A DNA stretch of 64,000 nt from an uncultured Acidimicrobiaceae bacterium (GTDB lineage Bacteria; Actinomycetota; Acidimicrobiia; Spongiisociales; UBA5794): contig CAYNHF010000047.1 of the NCBI GenBank assembly GCA_964397045.1, positions 10,885 through 74,884 on the forward strand, in the 5' to 3' direction. Shown here piece after piece: positions 41,649-51,940 of this stretch (position 1 is its first letter; each line of letters begins with the position of its first letter). The position numbers and the translations under genes are program-made. The notes under the pieces are model-generated. The model was not told the DNA's origin, did no database searches, and saw nothing but the letters and a program-made list of their open reading frames with translations.

Positions 41649-43199
41649 TCAGCGCGCGGGGGCCAGGAACGAGGCGTCGTACGAGCTGCTTTCGCTCCAC
41701 AACATCCAGCCGAGGCCACGATCGCTGGCTGCGCTCTGTACCGCCAGGATGTCGGGAGCCTCCAGAAAGGCTCGCTGCACCCAGGGGCGGACAATGGTCA
41801 GCCCTTCGATTCGCGTCAGGCCGGTATCCAGCACCTGGCCGACGATCTGCGGAGCATGCTCGTTGGGATCCTCGTAGTCGTTGTAGCCGGGCTGGTAGTT
41901 GTGGGAGTAGATCATCGGACTCAGCACGTCTGCGGCATACGACAGCGGGCCGGGGAGCTGACCGATTCCCTCATCCGATCGACTGTGGAAGGTTATGGAG
42001 AACACGTTGGCCGCGACCGCACAACCCTCAGGATTGAGACGACGCCGCGCCTCGGCCAGGAAGTCGGCAATCGTCTCGACCCGACTCAGCTGCATGCCTT
42101 CCTCGAAGTAGTTTTCGGTCGTGATGCCGTCGAATGCGTCGTCTGCATATCGCATCGAGCTGATGGGACCACCGGTCGGAAAGCGAGCATCATCAAACTG
42201 GATCTCGTCGAAACCGAGCGCACACGCTTCGGCTGCCAACTCGAGGGAATACTCCCAGGCATCAGCGTTGGTCGGGTCCAGCCAGGCCTTGCCGTCGTTC
42301 GTCTTCCACAAGCCGCCCGTGGTCCCGTCGCGAACGGCGAGGTCTTCTCGCAGCCTGGCCAGTGGGTCGTCCTGGAATGCCGAGATCCGCCCGATCTTGT
42401 AAAGGTCGTGCTCATCCATATCTGCCAGCGCCGCGGCGACGTCGTAGGAGTCCACCACCACTCCCAATTCGGTGGCTGTCGCCACCGAGGTCGCGTAGTG
42501 GACGGAACCCCGCTCGTCCTTGATGTCGAGCACGAACGCCGAGATTTCAGTGCGGTCTGCGAGTCCCAGCATGCGGGTCCACCCCCGGCCGTCCGCCGCC
42601 TTGGCTGGGTTCACGCGCAACGCACGCTCCCGCCTCGGCTCCAGTGCGAGTTCGACCTCGGAAACCAGACCCTCCCATGGCACTACCGCAGACGCCCATG
42701 CAGGACGGGTCGCAGTCAGGTCCCCAGGAGTCGCCCGCTGAAATCGGAACTCACCATCGGCATCGGTGAGGACTCTGGCGCCATTGAGTTCCACAGACAC
42801 GTCGTCCATTGGCGTCCCCAACTCGGTGGTAACCCGGCCCAACAGCACAACCGGTTCCAGCCGCACTTCGAGAGGCAGCTCGTCGGGAAGGCCCTCGAGT
42901 GTGATCGTTTCGGCGTGGAAGCCAAACGCAGCAACCTCGAGCCGAACCGCTCGATCGTCCCACGCCTCGTTCCAAACTACGGCAGAACGTCCGGTCACGT
43001 CGGCCGCGAACCCGGCCCCGTCGATCACGATGTCTGCTCCGAGCGGGGTGAGATCGTCGGCGGCAAGCACCACGATGGGCAATACCGGCGATGGCGTCTC
43101 TGGTGGCATCACCGATTCGCCGCTGATCAGGACGCTGGGACCAGCGCAGGCGGAGGCTGCCAGGCCCAGCCCCATCACAATGATCAGATGTCTCCGCAT
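41649..43199 (-). CDS. Putative lipoprotein glycoside hydrolase (DUF4015/GHL-type TIM barrel)
   Basis: Lipobox LGLAASACAG. Central region resembles predicted glycosyl-hydrolase-like TIM-barrel families (DEIQFDDARFP). This is a weak assignment. Confidence 0.5.
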   Translation of the reverse strand: MRRHLIIVMGLGLAASACAGPSVLISGESVMPPETPSPVLPIVVLAADDLTPLGADIVIDGAGFAADVTGRSAVVWNEAWDDRAVRLEVAAFGFHAETITLEGLPDELPLEVRLEPVVLLGRVTTELGTPMDDVSVELNGARVLTDADGEFRFQRATPGDLTATRPAWASAVVPWEGLVSEVELALEPRRERALRVNPAKAADGRGWTRMLGLADRTEISAFVLDIKDERGSVHYATSVATATELGVVVDSYDVAAALADMDEHDLYKIGRISAFQDDPLARLREDLAVRDGTTGGLWKTNDGKAWLDPTNADAWEYSLELAAEACALGFDEIQFDDARFPTGGPISSMRYADDAFDGITTENYFEEGMQLSRVETIADFLAEARRRLNPEGCAVAANVFSITFHSRSDEGIGQLPGPLSYAADVLSPMIYSHNYQPGYNDYEDPNEHAPQIVGQVLDTGLTRIEGLTIVRPWVQRAFLEAPDILAVQSAASDRGLGWMLWSESSSYDASFLAPAR

Positions 43200-43378
43200 G
43201 CCACAGCCCCGAAGGTGTGCCGAGTTGCGCTCCCACCCCACCCGGAGCACATACAAAAGGTTAGCGAGGCGTTCGGAATACCGCCGAGCCGGAGTTGCCC
43301 GTTGCGACCCCGGTCGGCCGGTGATATCTTCACCAGGGCTCCTCCCGCCTGTCTGAGGGGGATATCCAGGAGGGCACT

Positions 43379-44311
43379 ATGGGCAACGGCGCCCGTGAGC
43401 CACATGTATCGGACGCAGTAGGCCTCTACCTCGACGAGGTCTCAGCACATCAGCTACTCACTGCCGAGGACGAGGTTCGCCTGTCTCGGTTGATCGAACT
43501 CGGCCGCGAAGCCCACGCAGAGCTCAACGGCGCCCCGGACAGTCTCGATCCTGCCGAACGGCTTCGGTTCGAAAAGGCCATCCACGCCTCAGACGAAGCC
43601 AAGGCGGTTTTCATCCGGGCGAATCTCCGGCTGGTCATCTCGATCGCGAAGCGCTATACCGGCCGTGGCCTCGACCTGCTCGACCTCATCCAGGAAGGGA
43701 ACCTGGGCTTGATCCGGGCGGTCGAGAAGTTCGACTGGCGCAAGGGCTTCAAGTTCTCCACTTATGCGACCTGGTGGATAAGACAAGCGATCTCGCGCGG
43801 GCTCGGCAACAACGGGCGAACCATCCGGCTGCCGGTACACATGGTGGACGTGGTCCGAACCGTGCAGGAGACTGAACTCGCGCTGCAGGAGTCGCACCGG
43901 CGGGCCCCCACCGTCGACGAAATCTGCGAAGTGTCGGGACTCGACCCCGAGAAGGTCCTCATTGCCTTGAACACGCCGGGTGATACGGTCTCGCTCGATC
44001 GTCCGATCGGCGCTGAGGGCGACGCGCAGCTCAGCGACTTCGTCGAGGACGAGCAGGCCACCGATCCGTTCCTGGTGGCAGTCGACGGTGCCAGGCGCAA
44101 GGAACTGCGCAAGGCACTCGAACTCCTCGACTCCAGGGAACGCAGGGTCGTGGTGTTTCGCTACGGACTCGACGGCGGTGTCCCCCGGACCCTATCCGCC
44201 GTCGGCAAGATGCTCGGGATCACCAGGGAGCGGGTCCGCCAGGTCGAGAATCGTGCACTCAGCAAGCTGCGGCATCCCACGTTCCAATACGATCTGGAAA
44301 GCCTGCTGTAG
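43379..44311 (+). CDS. RNA polymerase sigma-70 family factor, group 2 (SigB-like)
   Basis: Regions 1.2, 2 (DLIQEGNLGLIRAVEKFD), 3 and 4 (RERVRQVENRALSKLRHP). AGGAGG SD. 310 aa. Confidence 0.9.
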   Translation: MGNGAREPHVSDAVGLYLDEVSAHQLLTAEDEVRLSRLIELGREAHAELNGAPDSLDPAERLRFEKAIHASDEAKAVFIRANLRLVISIAKRYTGRGLDLLDLIQEGNLGLIRAVEKFDWRKGFKFSTYATWWIRQAISRGLGNNGRTIRLPVHMVDVVRTVQETELALQESHRRAPTVDEICEVSGLDPEKVLIALNTPGDTVSLDRPIGAEGDAQLSDFVEDEQATDPFLVAVDGARRKELRKALELLDSRERRVVVFRYGLDGGVPRTLSAVGKMLGITRERVRQVENRALSKLRHPTFQYDLESLL

Positions 44312-44352
44312 AGGCCGAAGACGCGGGGAAGCCCGTCGCACCGCGAGGCCGG

Positions 44353-45009
44353 CTACTGCTGAGCCAACAGGCTCTCCACGATGACGAGGTCAACCGGGTA
44401 GGTGACCTTCAGGTTCCGGGGCAAGCCCTCAACAAACCTCACCTCGTGGCCAGCGCGAAACACCAGCACGCCGTCCTCGGTCGCCGTCTCGCCGCGTTCA
44501 ACCGCTCGCTCGTGGGCGGCGCGGAGTATCTGGGTGTCGAACGCTTGCGGGAGTTGTACGTCGTGCAAGATGCTGCGATCGATCTCCGCTTCCATGACAT
44601 CTCCACCAATCGAAACCGAGAAGGGGATCGAATGCGTGGGGACAACGGCCGGGGCGTCCACCGCGACAACTCGATCGATCAGCTCCGCCGTGATGAGAGG
44701 ACGCGCCGACTCGTGGAGCAACAGGCGGGGGGTGGTGACGGCCTGCAGCGCGCGACATACCGACTCCTGCCGTGTCTCGCCGCCCGCGACCAGCTCGATC
44801 CGTCCGGCGGGATCGTCCGGCAGCAAAGCGGCCAACGCCGCGCGCGCTCCCGGTGGGTGCGCCAGCACGATGCGCTCGATCGCAGGGTGAGTCAGCAGCG
44901 GTTCGAGCGAAAACAGTACGAGTGGCTTGTCTCCGACGCGCAGCAATTGCTTGGGTACACCGCTGCCCATGCGGCTCGAACGTCCTGCCGCCAGCAATAT
45001 GGCATCCAT
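44353..45009 (-). CDS. ispD: IspD-family cytidylyltransferase (2-C-methyl-D-erythritol 4-phosphate cytidylyltransferase-like), solitary with no ispF
   Basis: LLAAGRSSRMG, PKQLL, GGETRQESV and C-terminal NLKVT motifs. 218 aa. Confidence 0.8.
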   Translation of the reverse strand: MDAILLAAGRSSRMGSGVPKQLLRVGDKPLVLFSLEPLLTHPAIERIVLAHPPGARAALAALLPDDPAGRIELVAGGETRQESVCRALQAVTTPRLLLHESARPLITAELIDRVVAVDAPAVVPTHSIPFSVSIGGDVMEAEIDRSILHDVQLPQAFDTQILRAAHERAVERGETATEDGVLVFRAGHEVRFVEGLPRNLKVTYPVDLVIVESLLAQQ

Positions 45010-45137
45010 CGGCTCCCAACCTCTTCTCGGCAGATCGGCAGATTGCGGTCGCGAAAATGCAGCGCGTCAGACCGTAGCAGTCGTCGTGGCCGGACCGGTT
45101 GGATAGTGGTGGGGTAGCCGGCTCCGCCCGGGTGGCG

Positions 45138-46289
45138 TCAGAAGGAGTCTGCCGCCACCATTTGGAGGTCCCAACTGGCAGCGGAGTCGAGGCTGCGGCC
45201 TTTCACTACCCAACCAGCCGGATTGGAATGGTCGGACGTAGGCCGCACCATCGCCTTGCCCGCAAGGCGGGTCGGTTCGGATGAAGCTGCCGGCGTGGTG
45301 AAGCCGGCGTCCCGGAGCAGCCCCACCAACTGAGGGTCCAATGACCGGGTCCAGATCCGCAGATCGCCGAAGCGGCCGCCCTCGGTCGCAACGGCAAGTA
45401 GTGCAGAGGCGTCCGCATGCGACCGGAACGACCAATCCACGATGTTCACACGAGAACGCCCCATCGAGTTGTGGAGCACCATGAAACCGGAGAGGTCGGG
45501 TTCTCCTATGTACAGGAATCGATAGGCGGCTCGCGGGTTGTCGAACCGCCATGAGAAGAACCGCGCGTCGCGGACCTGAGTGATGGCTTCGCTCGCCGGT
45601 TCTGCGGCGGCAGCTGTGGCCATTGCCTCCGGCCGCGGCCTGCAACTCACCTGGACCTCCCCTCGGGTCGTTGCGTCCACCGCGTCGAGCCGGCCGAAGG
45701 TCATCGATCCGGCCGAGGAGCGGATGCGACGACCCAGCCTGGCCATGCCCCGAACTGTGTCGTTGCGGGGCACCCTGGCCACCAGCTTGCGCCGCGCGGT
45801 ACCGGCATCGGAAGCTCGAGCCAACTCTGCGGTGGAACCGATCGAACGCCACCCCATCGACACGACCGAAGCCACGTAGTTGGCAGCCGTCGGACTCAGG
45901 TTCAGCACATGGGGATAGCCCTTCGCTGCCAGATCGGCGAATGCGAGGTCGGAGAGCCTTTCGAACAGGCCCTGGTCGCGATGGGCTGGGTGGATCAGCG
46001 TGTCGGCGGCACACGGGATCGCAGCCTCCAGCCCTTCTCCGATATTCCAGCTCGCACCGAATATGCCCCGCATCCCGACTACTTCGTCTCCATGCAGCGC
46101 CACGTAGATGAGCGGCTCGACAACATACGGGTTCTCGAAGTACTTCCATCGGAGATAGGCGAGGTTGACTCGAAAGCCCGAAGCCCAGTGGAGACGCTGC
46201 AGGCGGGCAATGCCGTCTGCCATTCCCGGCTGGACCGGCACCACTCGGTAGTCGCGCACCACTGAGGTTGCACCGCCGGCGTTCATCAC
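45138..46289 (-). CDS. Double GNAT-fold acyltransferase (FemAB/BioF2-like or Eis-like architecture). Its ATG overlaps the stop of the FkbH-like gene
   Basis: Two GNAT-like halves (motif A HRDQGLFERL in the N-half). 383 aa. Confidence 0.65.
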   Translation of the reverse strand: MMNAGGATSVVRDYRVVPVQPGMADGIARLQRLHWASGFRVNLAYLRWKYFENPYVVEPLIYVALHGDEVVGMRGIFGASWNIGEGLEAAIPCAADTLIHPAHRDQGLFERLSDLAFADLAAKGYPHVLNLSPTAANYVASVVSMGWRSIGSTAELARASDAGTARRKLVARVPRNDTVRGMARLGRRIRSSAGSMTFGRLDAVDATTRGEVQVSCRPRPEAMATAAAAEPASEAITQVRDARFFSWRFDNPRAAYRFLYIGEPDLSGFMVLHNSMGRSRVNIVDWSFRSHADASALLAVATEGGRFGDLRIWTRSLDPQLVGLLRDAGFTTPAASSEPTRLAGKAMVRPTSDHSNPAGWVVKGRSLDSAASWDLQMVAADSF

Positions 46290-47365
46290 CAGCTTCGACT
46301 CTCGGGCTCCACGACCTTCACATGAGGAGGATACGGGTCAACGACAGAGGGGTCATGGCGAAAGATGATCCGGTCGCCCTCCCTCCGCAATTCAGCGAAT
46401 CCGGCCATCTTGTACGTCAGGTACATGAGCCGGTTGCGGTCGGTCCGCACGAACTCCGCCTCGACCACGGCACCGCTCTCGGCTGCCGTTTTGAGCAGGT
46501 AGGTCAGCAACACTTTGCCGACGCCACGAGCCATCACGCGACAGGACATCAACAGCAGTGCGAGGTTCCATACCCCGTCACGCTGCTCCACAAGCGCCAG
46601 CCCGATCTTCCCGTATGTGCCGTAGCGGTCATCGAGCCCCGCGATGATGAGGCGATGGTCGCTCGACTCGCGCAATGCCTCGAGCTCGTCGTAGGAATAG
46701 GTCACCCCGGTGGAATTGAGCTGATTGGTGCGAACGGTCAACTCCGACACCCGAGCCAGATCACCCCGCTCAGCATCACTCAGTGTGAACACCATATCCA
46801 AAGAGGCCAGGAAGTCCTCAGTCGTCTGCGCCGACGCCTCGTCCGTTTTGCGGCGGTCCTCCGCGAGGTACATCTCTCGTCTCCGCCGCGAGTCCTCGGT
46901 AACGAATTGCGGCTGCATATCGCGGCGGTCGGGCAGTGCCAGGTAGTCGCCGCTGTCGATTGACCTGACGCCAGCGACCCCGGCTGCGACCTCGTCGCGT
47001 TCGAAGGGCTCGTCGTCGACGAACGCGACGGTGTCTGCTCCGATATTGAGCGCTCGAACGATCTCAGCCACAGCTTCGGACTTCGCTCCCCACCCGACCT
47101 GCGGGTGCAGGAAGAAGTCGGCGACGCCGAACTCACTCAACTTCGCCATGGCAATGTCCGCATCGTTGCGGCTGGCGACGGATTGCAGAATCCCGCGATC
47201 GTCCAGCGTCTGGAGGACATCGAGCACACCCGGCCGGAGAACAACATCGGGAGATTCGAGCAACACCCCATCCCAGATCGTGTTGTCGAGGTCCCACACC
47301 ACGCATTTCACCCCAGGCAGAGCTATTCCGCCTGGGGTATCGGATGCAGCCGTCGGCGAACTCAT
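46286..47365 (-). CDS. FkbH-like protein (HAD-IIIC phosphatase domain plus C-terminal acyltransferase-like domain; glyceryl-ACP loader type)
   Basis: HAD motif I VVWDLDNTIWDG, motifs II and III, and a C-terminal GNAT-like region. 359 aa, typical FkbH size. ATGA overlaps at both ends. Confidence 0.75.
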   Translation of the reverse strand: MSSPTAASDTPGGIALPGVKCVVWDLDNTIWDGVLLESPDVVLRPGVLDVLQTLDDRGILQSVASRNDADIAMAKLSEFGVADFFLHPQVGWGAKSEAVAEIVRALNIGADTVAFVDDEPFERDEVAAGVAGVRSIDSGDYLALPDRRDMQPQFVTEDSRRRREMYLAEDRRKTDEASAQTTEDFLASLDMVFTLSDAERGDLARVSELTVRTNQLNSTGVTYSYDELEALRESSDHRLIIAGLDDRYGTYGKIGLALVEQRDGVWNLALLLMSCRVMARGVGKVLLTYLLKTAAESGAVVEAEFVRTDRNRLMYLTYKMAGFAELRREGDRIIFRHDPSVVDPYPPHVKVVEPESRSW

Positions 47366-48516
47366 GAGGCACCACGCTGCAGGCGAGCCCGCTCTCGTCT
47401 CGCGATCATCAGCTGCTGGATCTCTGTGCTGCCCTCGATGATCTCCATGATGCGGGCATCCCGAAACCAACGTTCGACGGGCGCAGCCGAATGCACACCG
47501 ATCGCACCGTGAACCTGCACGGCGTCGCTGGCGACGGCAACTGCGGTCCGTGAGGCGTGGTACTTCGCCATGAGCGTGGCCCCAATGGCTTCCGGTGACG
47601 CCGTGTCGCGCAGCTCGCCGGCACGCACACACAGCAGCCGGGCTGCCTCTGTCTCGACTGCCATGTCGGTCAGCTTCCTGGCAATGAGCTGGTGATCGCC
47701 AATCGGCTTGCCGAATTGCTCCCTGGATTCGGCGTATCGGAACGACGCTTCCATGCTTGCCTGAGCAATGGCGACGCTCCCCCAAGCCACCCCGAAGCGA
47801 CCAAGGTGGAGCGGAGTTGCCGCGATCAGCGCACCGGGCATGGATCGAGCGCCGACTCTGGCCTCGCCGGGAACCCGACAGTGATCAAACGTCAGGCTGC
47901 CGAGCATGGAGGCCCGCAAACCCATCATGCCCGAGATTGGCTGCACTTCGAGGCCGGCGGTGTCCCGGGGCACCAGGAAGCCGCCGAGTTCACCCGACTC
48001 ATCAAGACGGGCAATCACCAGAAACACGTCTGCGATCTGGGCGAAGCTGATCCAGCGCTTGGTTCCGCGAAGCACGTAGTTGTCGCCGTCTGGCTTCGCC
48101 ACGGTCCTGATGCTGGCAGCGTCGCTGCCGGCCTGCGGTTCGCTCAGGGCGAACGCGGCAATCTTGCCCTCGGTGAGCAACGCGGGCAACCACTGATCAC
48201 GCAGGCGCTTGCTGCCCAGCTTGAGAACGGCCTCGACCACCATGTCGTGCACGGTGAGCAGCGATCGCACAGAAGAACACCCCTTGCCGATCGCTTCATG
48301 CAGCGCACCGTAGGAGGCCATGTCGAGGCCGCGACCGCCACGTTCGACGGGTGCCTGCGAGCCCAGATACCCGGCGCCAACCACAGCAGCCACAACGTCG
48401 GCAGGGATCCGCTCTTCCCTGTCGAACTCGGCTGCTCGTGGGACAAGATGACGATCGGCGAATTCGGTGAACTCCTCGCGGAACTCCCCCAACGCAGCAT
48501 CCCCCCTGGTCGTCAC
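47362..48516 (-). CDS. Acyl-CoA dehydrogenase family protein (FkbI/ZmaE-like position)
   Basis: Full ACAD three-domain architecture. 384 aa. Confidence 0.85.
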   Translation of the reverse strand: MTTRGDAALGEFREEFTEFADRHLVPRAAEFDREERIPADVVAAVVGAGYLGSQAPVERGGRGLDMASYGALHEAIGKGCSSVRSLLTVHDMVVEAVLKLGSKRLRDQWLPALLTEGKIAAFALSEPQAGSDAASIRTVAKPDGDNYVLRGTKRWISFAQIADVFLVIARLDESGELGGFLVPRDTAGLEVQPISGMMGLRASMLGSLTFDHCRVPGEARVGARSMPGALIAATPLHLGRFGVAWGSVAIAQASMEASFRYAESREQFGKPIGDHQLIARKLTDMAVETEAARLLCVRAGELRDTASPEAIGATLMAKYHASRTAVAVASDAVQVHGAIGVHSAAPVERWFRDARIMEIIEGSTEIQQLMIARRERARLQRGAS

Positions 48517-48783
48517 TCAAGCGTCTCCCGACTCCGTCACGAGACCTCGCTTGGTCGCAACCAGCGCAGTGATGGCACCGATCGTCGCAAGATTGTCCCT
48601 CTCCAGGTCCTCGTCATCCAATTCGACCTCGAAGGTCGATTCGATGTACATGACCAGTTCCATGGCAAACAACGACGAGGCCCCACCAGTGACGAAGATG
48701 TCGTCTTGGTCCGTGAGATCGGGATTCGCCAGGTGCCCGGCGAGAAACCCTCTGACCTGCCCATTGATGTCGTCAGACGTCAC
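48517..48783 (-). CDS. Acyl/peptidyl carrier protein (phosphopantetheine-binding, FkbJ/ZmaD-like position)
   Basis: 88 aa. Helix-II serine motif TGGASSLFAMELV. Acidic. GTG start overlapping the upstream TGA. Confidence 0.7.
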   Translation of the reverse strand: MTSDDINGQVRGFLAGHLANPDLTDQDDIFVTGGASSLFAMELVMYIESTFEVELDDEDLERDNLATIGAITALVATKRGLVTESGDA

Positions 48784-49661
48784 CGCGACCCCCCCTTGCT
48801 CACATGAGTTCCATAGGCATAGAACCCCTGTCCCGACTTCCGGCCGAGCCGACCGGCATCGACCATCTGCTTCAGGAGCGGGGCAGGACGATACTTGCTG
48901 TCCCCGTACTCGTCGTGTAGTACCTCCACCGATCGGAGGATCGTATCGAGCCCGATCAAATCGGCAGTTTCGAGGGGCCCCATCTCATGCCCGAAGCACT
49001 CCTTGAAGATCTCATCCACCTGGCTGGGTTCGGCGACGCCGTCCTGCACCGTGAAGATAGCCTCGTTGACGGTGAGCATGAGTACCCGATTCGATACGAA
49101 CCCTGGCGAATCCTCGACGTAGACCCCGCGCTTGTTCATCTGCTCGAGAAGCTGCCGGGTTGTCTGCAACGTCTCATCTGATGTGTGAAATCCCCTGATG
49201 ACCTCCACCACCGGTTTGAGCGGTACAGGATTCATGAAATGCATCCCAACCACGTAGCCGGGACGATCAGTCACGGCCGCGATCCTGGTGATGGGTATTG
49301 CGCTGGTATTCGCCGCGAACCTTGCTCGCGGAGGACACACACGATCCAGGATCTCGTAGACACCTCGTTTCACTTCGAAGGATTCGGTGGTGTTCTCGAC
49401 GACGAAATCTATGTCATCCAGGGCCTCATAGTCAGTGGTGAAGGTCAGCCTGCTCATCACCTCGACTCGATCCTGCTTGACACCGTCCGAAGCTACGAGA
49501 TGGTGCAGGCGGACCGCGCTCCCGATCTCGGACTGCGCTGCGTCCAGCACTGAGGTTTCGAGATCCACCACGATGACATCATGCCCGGTCTGTGCCAGAT
49601 CCTGGGCGACGCCGCGCCCGATCACTCCGGCACCAATGACTCCCACGCGACTTATCTGCAT
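48780..49661 (-). CDS. 3-hydroxyacyl-CoA dehydrogenase (Hbd-like; FkbK/ZmaG-like position)
   Basis: NAD-binding Rossmann GVIGAGVIG plus the 3HCDH C-terminal domain. Start at ATG 49661 (MQISRVGVIGAG). Confidence 0.85.
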   Translation of the reverse strand: MQISRVGVIGAGVIGRGVAQDLAQTGHDVIVVDLETSVLDAAQSEIGSAVRLHHLVASDGVKQDRVEVMSRLTFTTDYEALDDIDFVVENTTESFEVKRGVYEILDRVCPPRARFAANTSAIPITRIAAVTDRPGYVVGMHFMNPVPLKPVVEVIRGFHTSDETLQTTRQLLEQMNKRGVYVEDSPGFVSNRVLMLTVNEAIFTVQDGVAEPSQVDEIFKECFGHEMGPLETADLIGLDTILRSVEVLHDEYGDSKYRPAPLLKQMVDAGRLGRKSGQGFYAYGTHVSKGGSR

Positions 49662-49861
49662 TACCGGACCCCCCGTGGCCCACACGCGCGGCATTCCCGA
49701 CCCGGCGACGCGCTCTACACGACTTCACATAGTAGCCGCTTGTTACTCAAAGTCACGGCGAAAATCCGCTCATGCTGGAGGGACTAATCACCCCAGGGGT
49801 TGCGAGGTGAGGCCCTTCCGAAGCGGCAGTGTGACCGGCGCACTGCCGTATGCTCCGGGCC

Positions 49862-50518
49862 ATGCGCTTGGTCGTGGCCGATTGTTCGGTGGATTACTCG
49901 GGCCGCCTCGACACTCACCTGCCGAGAGCCACTCGCCTGATCATGGTGAAGGCGGATGGAACAGTTGCAGTTCACGCCGACGGCAGCAGGGTCCAGCCGT
50001 TGAATTGGATGGGAACCCCCAACCAGCTGATCGAGGAAGATGGAAGGTGGATCGTCACGAACGGCAAGGGTGAGCGGCTGACCATCGACCTCTATCAGGT
50101 GCTCTACGAGACCGCGTTCGAGATGGGTGAAGATCCCGGCCTCCAGAAAGATGGGGTCGAAACCGAACTCCAGCGGCTCATCGCCGAACGGGTGGAAGTC
50201 CTTGGCCCCGGCATGGAACTGATCCGCCGTGAGCATCCAACCCCGGTGGGGCCGGTGGACCTCCTGTGTCGCGACAGCTCAGGAACCGTGGCCGTCGAGA
50301 TCAAACGTCGCGGCGACATCGATGGCGTCGAACAGCTCACCCGGTATCTGGAGTTCCTGGGTCGAGATGAGCGACTCGCTCCGGTACGCGGCGTGTTCGT
50401 TGCTCAGCTCATCAAGCCACAGGCCCGGCTGCTGGCAGAAGACAGAGGCATCGACTGCATAGAGCTGGACTATGACGGGTTGCGCGAGATCGACTCGCCG
50501 ATTCTGAAGCTGTTCTGA
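49862..50518 (+). CDS. nucS: Endonuclease NucS (EndoMS, mismatch-specific)
   Basis: [17 protein letters not shown]-terminus and RecB-like nuclease motifs (D...EIK). Confidence 0.9.
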   Translation: MRLVVADCSVDYSGRLDTHLPRATRLIMVKADGTVAVHADGSRVQPLNWMGTPNQLIEEDGRWIVTNGKGERLTIDLYQVLYETAFEMGEDPGLQKDGVETELQRLIAERVEVLGPGMELIRREHPTPVGPVDLLCRDSSGTVAVEIKRRGDIDGVEQLTRYLEFLGRDERLAPVRGVFVAQLIKPQARLLAEDRGIDCIELDYDGLREIDSPILKLF

Positions 50519-50536
50519 ACTGGCCTGGGCTTCCGC

Positions 50537-51940
50537 TCAGCCGACCGAACCTTCCATCTGCAGTTCGATGAGGCGGTTGAGTTCGACCGCGTACTCCATC
50601 GGCAATTCCTTGACGATCGGTTCGATGAACCCGGCGACGATCATGGCAGTGGCCTCCTCTTCCGTGAGCCCGCGGCTCATCAAGTAGAAGAGTTGCTCCT
50701 CACCGACCTTGGAGACCGTGGCCTCGTGCCCGATCTGGGTATTCGACTCCTCGATCTCCATATACGGATAGGTGTCGGACCGGGAGTCCTCGTCGAGGAT
50801 CAGCGCGTCGCACCGGACAAATGCCCTGGCATCCTCGGCACCCGGCTCCACCCTGATGAGCCCGCGATAGCCGGCGCGCCCACCGTCCTTCGAGATGGAC
50901 TTCGACGTGATGAGCGAAGTGGTCTCGGGTGCTGCGTGCACGATCTTCGCGCCGGCGTCCTGATGTTGCCCCTCGCCCGCGAAAGCGATCGACAGCACCT
51001 CGCCGTGGGCACCCTCTTCCATCAGCCACACCGCGGGGTACTTCATGGTCAGCTTGGACCCGAGGTTGCCGTCGATCCACTCCATCGTGGCGTTCTTGTA
51101 CGCGGCTGCCCGTTTGGTGACGAGGTTGTAGACGTTGTTCGACCAGTTCTGGATGGTCGTGTAGCGGCACCGACCGCCTTCCTTGACGACGATCTCGACG
51201 ACGGCCGAATGCAACGAATCGCTCGAGTAGGTTGGGGCAGAGCAACCCTCGACGTAGTGGCAGAAGGCCCCTTCGTCGATGATGATCAGCGTCCGCTCGA
51301 ACTGGCCCATGTTCTCGGCGTTGATGCGGAAGTATGCCTGGAGCGGCTGGTCGACATGGACTCCGGGAGGGACGTAAATGAATGACCCTCCAGACCACAC
51401 GGCAGAGTTGAGCGCCGCGAATTTGTTGTCGTTCGGGGGAATGATGGTGCCGAAGTATTCCTGCACGATCTCCGGGTAGTCGCGGACCGCGGTGTCCATG
51501 TCGCAGAACAGAACCCCGAGTTCCTCGAGGTCCTCCCGGTTGCGGTGGTACACGACCTCGGACTCGTACTGGGCGGTCACACCGGCGAGATACTTGCGCT
51601 CCGCCTCGGGTATACCCAGCTTCTCGTATGTCTCCTTGATCGAATCGGGCACCATGTCCCAATCCTTGGCCTGGCCCTCTGTCGGCTTGATGTAGTAGTA
51701 GATGTTGTCAAAGTCGATCTCTTCAAGGGTGCCGCCGCCCCCCCACGTCGGCATCGGCTTGCGCAGGAACCGCTGATAGGCCTTGAGCCGAAACTCGAGC
51801 ATCCAGGCAGGCTCATCCTTCATCTGCGACATCTCGCGAATAATGGCTTCGTTCAGGCCCTTCTTGGGCTTGAACACGTAGTCCTCCTCGTCGTGCCAGC
51901 CGAGCTGATACGAACCGAGATCGATGTCGACGGTGGCCAT
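50537..51940 (-). CDS. sufB: Fe-S cluster assembly protein SufB
   Basis: 467 aa, strongly conserved SufB throughout ([42 protein letters not shown]). Confidence 0.9.
   Translation of the reverse strand: MATVDIDLGSYQLGWHDEEDYVFKPKKGLNEAIIREMSQMKDEPAWMLEFRLKAYQRFLRKPMPTWGGGGTLEEIDFDNIYYYIKPTEGQAKDWDMVPDSIKETYEKLGIPEAERKYLAGVTAQYESEVVYHRNREDLEELGVLFCDMDTAVRDYPEIVQEYFGTIIPPNDNKFAALNSAVWSGGSFIYVPPGVHVDQPLQAYFRINAENMGQFERTLIIIDEGAFCHYVEGCSAPTYSSDSLHSAVVEIVVKEGGRCRYTTIQNWSNNVYNLVTKRAAAYKNATMEWIDGNLGSKLTMKYPAVWLMEEGAHGEVLSIAFAGEGQHQDAGAKIVHAAPETTSLITSKSISKDGGRAGYRGLIRVEPGAEDARAFVRCDALILDEDSRSDTYPYMEIEESNTQIGHEATVSKVGEEQLFYLMSRGLTEEEATAMIVAGFIEPIVKELPMEYAVELNRLIELQMEGSVG

Noticed and set aside
46286-47785. 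499-aa version of the FkbH-like ORF
   Set aside because: The upstream 140 codons overlap the acyl-CoA dehydrogenase gene. The true start is the ATG at 47365 in an ATGA overlap.
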